DNA of 64,000 nucleotides, from assembly GCF_030028105.1 (NCBI RefSeq), contig NC_092370.1:136935522-136999521 (forward strand), written 5' to 3'. The number at the start of each line of letters is the position of its first letter. The first letter of the stretch is position 1. This document shows, piece after piece, positions 61,461 through 64,000 of the stretch. The position numbers were made by a program, and so were the translations under genes. This DNA comes from Mobula birostris (taxonomy: Eukaryota). The notes under the pieces were generated by a model. It saw nothing but the letters and a program-made list of their open reading frames with translations, did not search any database and was not told the origin of the DNA.

Positions 61461-63059
61461 TAAAGTCAATATTGAGGAAGTGTAATCAAAGTAGGTATTT
61501 TGTTGAAAAAGATAAATTCAACAATTTAGAAATAGCTACCAAGAACAAGATGATTTATTAACATAAAGCATTATTAAAATTTATTGGTGCTAATCCATTT
61601 TGTTCTGTAATCCCCTTTGTCTCCTATATCCTCTAGCAGTTTCCAGTTGAGTGCAGAAAACTTTGGGAATATTCCGAGAAAAGGGAGCTTAAAGATTAAT
61701 TCCAGAATTCTCTTGACAAATTGTGTTTTCATAGCCTATTTCAGTTAGATTTCAGTCTTTAGAAAATAATCAATTACTACCACAAAATTCTATCAGTCTT
61801 ATTTTGCTTTTGCAAGCTTTTACAACAAATGCTTTCAGTAGATGTACGTTTTTGACTGTGTCAAATCTGGCTAACAATGAGTACATTTGTAGTCTCTGTA
61901 AAAAAACAAATTTTTCAATCTCTGCTATATTCTGTGCACTCTGAAATAGAAGTGTTGCTGTGTGACTGAAGAACAATTGGCAGAACACATGCACCATGAT
62001 CATGTATTTGACTGTAGACATCTTTCAGAGAATTGACAGGTTTCATGGAAATGACTCTTTTGTTAAAAAGTGCACAGATAGAGCTACATGAGCTCTTTCA
62101 TGCCCACAACAATTGTTGATGCTTTTTACTTGTCCAGATAGGTAAGTGGATATAAAATCCCAGGACTGTCATGATGTGGTGAATAGAGGAAAAATTAGCT
62201 GGGAGGAAAATAGACTTTATTGGAGCCTGCTTAATCTGCCATCCATTAATTTACTGAATGCTAAGCCAGAGAACCTTCCTCATGGGTGTATATATCACCT
62301 CACATGATATTAAGGTATACATTCAATGTCCAGCCAGTCCAATCCCACTAGAAACAAAAACAGAAAAATCCAATTTGTGTTTTAAACATAATGCTGTGTT
62401 TCCAGTTGTTACAGGATTGGGTATAGTAATATTCTTTGATAACTACAATATCTTAGATGGCTGAAGGCCATCACATTTAGCTTCATGGATAATACAACAC
62501 TGAGCAAAATCCAAAACTGAGAAAAATTTAACCCTCACTGCTAGTATTTCAGCGTTTCAACTGCACAGTTTTACAAGACCACATTTAAAGCTTCTGATCA
62601 AGGACAAGTATGGTATTACACTAAAGTACGCTGCCTCTTGCAATTAATGATGTTAATAAAGTTGTTGACCTTTCAACTGCAAAGGACAACGATGCTTCCT
62701 GAAACAGTATGATGAATACAAGATATGACTTTATAGGACAGCACAATTAATGAACATTCAACCGTAGGCCAAAAAGCCTGTCCCTGTGTTGTACTGTTCA
62801 GTGTTGATTAATGTGATTTGACTATCATTTAGCTACTGAGGGAATAATTCAGAGTGAGGTATGAAATGAGATTGAGAATATTAAGAAAAGGCTGCATTTT
62901 ACATTAATAAGAAAATTGGATTGAATACTGACATCCTGACAGCTGCCATCACTGATATTGTAAGAGATTCATGGTGTCAGAGTCAAAGGTCTGGAAGTTA
63001 TCTTTCTGTCTCTTTAGGGCACTTTTTATGGCAGAGTGTGTTACATGCCAAATGGAAGA

Positions 63060-63365
63060 ACCTTCTCTAGCTGATTAGTTCCAATTCCCATTCCTGTTCC
63101 GATATGTTGTTTCATGGCCTCTTCTTGTGCGAAGACGAGGCTACCCACAAGGTGGAAAAGCAACACCTCATATTCCATCTGGGTAGCCTCCAACGTAATG
63201 ACACGAGTATTGATTTCTCCTTCTGATAATTTTCCCCTTCCCCCTCCCCCTCCCCTGTTCTTCTATTCCCCACTCTGACCTTTTGCCTCTTCTCACCAGC
63301 CTATCAGTGCCCCGGATCCCCTTCTTCCCCTGTTCCTATGGCCCACTCTCCTCTCCCATCAGATT
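63060..63365 (+). mobile_element. Penelope GIY-YIG C-terminus and 3' UTR, cut by a CR1
   Basis: KVEKQHLIFHLGSLQ; homologous to 23350-23645. Confidence 0.8.
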
Positions 63366-64000
63366 CATAGAAAATAGGTGCAGGAGTAGGCCATTCGGCC
63401 CTTCGAGCCTGCACCGCCATTTATTATGATCATGGCTGATCATCCGACTCAGAACCCTGCACCAGCCTTCCCTCCATACCCTCTGATCCCCCTAGCCACA
63501 AGGGCCATATCTAACTCCCTCTTAAATATAGCCAATGAACTGGCCTCAACTGTTTCCTGTGGCAGAGAATTCCACAGATTCACCACTCTCTGTGTGAAGA
63601 AGTTTTTCCTAATCTCAGTCCTAAAAGGCTTCGCCTTTATCGTCAAACTGTGACCCCTCATTCTGGACTTCCCCAACATTGGGAACAATCTTCCTGCATC
63701 TAGCCTGTCCAATCCCTTTAGGATTTTATACGTTTCAGTCATATCCCCCCTCAATCTTCTAAATTCCAACGAGTACAAGCCCTGTTCATCCAGCCTTTCT
63801 TCATAGGAAAGTCCTGCCATCCCAGGAATCAATCTGGTGAACCTTCTTTGTACTCCCTCTATGGCAAAGATGCCTTTCCTCAGATTAGGGGACCAAAACT
63901 GCACACAATACTCCAGGTGTTGTCTCACCAAGGCCTTGTACAACTGCAGTAGTACCTCCCTGCTCCTGTACTCAAATCCTCTTGCTATGAATGCCAGCAT
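63366..64000 (-). mobile_element. CR1 LINE subfamily A, 3' part (runs off the window end)
   Basis: ORF 63449-64000 is near-identical to 11659-12210. Confidence 0.95.

Noticed and set aside
8450-64000. Minus-strand excess of CR1 copies as evidence for a plus-strand host intron
   Set aside because: Counts are small and the Rex1 copies lean the other way, so it is not informative.

Overview
This is AT-rich vertebrate DNA made up largely of transposable elements, and I could not identify a host protein-coding gene. The repeat set (several CR1 LINE subfamilies, Rex1/Babar LINEs, HE1/V-type tRNA SINEs, a Deu-domain SINE remnant, Penelope-like elements, Tc1-derived MITEs) points to a cartilaginous fish, probably a ray; that assignment is inference. 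Every long ORF I could recognise belongs to a mobile element. Best-supported features: (1) a 4.9-kb internally deleted Gmr1-type Ty3/Gypsy element at 861-5767 (minus strand) with both LTRs, a TAAA target-site duplication (TSD), a tRNA-Pro primer-binding site (PBS), a polypurine tract (PPT) and PR-INT-RT-RH domain order; (2) young CR1 copies of four subfamilies, some nested; (3) about ten Penelope-derived short elements carrying minimal hammerhead ribozyme motifs, one intact at 35421-35458 and several palindromic; (4) a complete PIF/Harbinger MITE at 58402-58946; (5) a solo LTR containing minisatellites; (6) seven Tc1-derived MITEs, most carrying a third TIR; (7) a 171-bp-arm inverted repeat; (8) an old ~250-bp duplication that only appears once the TEs are removed. 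Boundaries of old elements are approximate, and family names come from motif recognition, not database searches.
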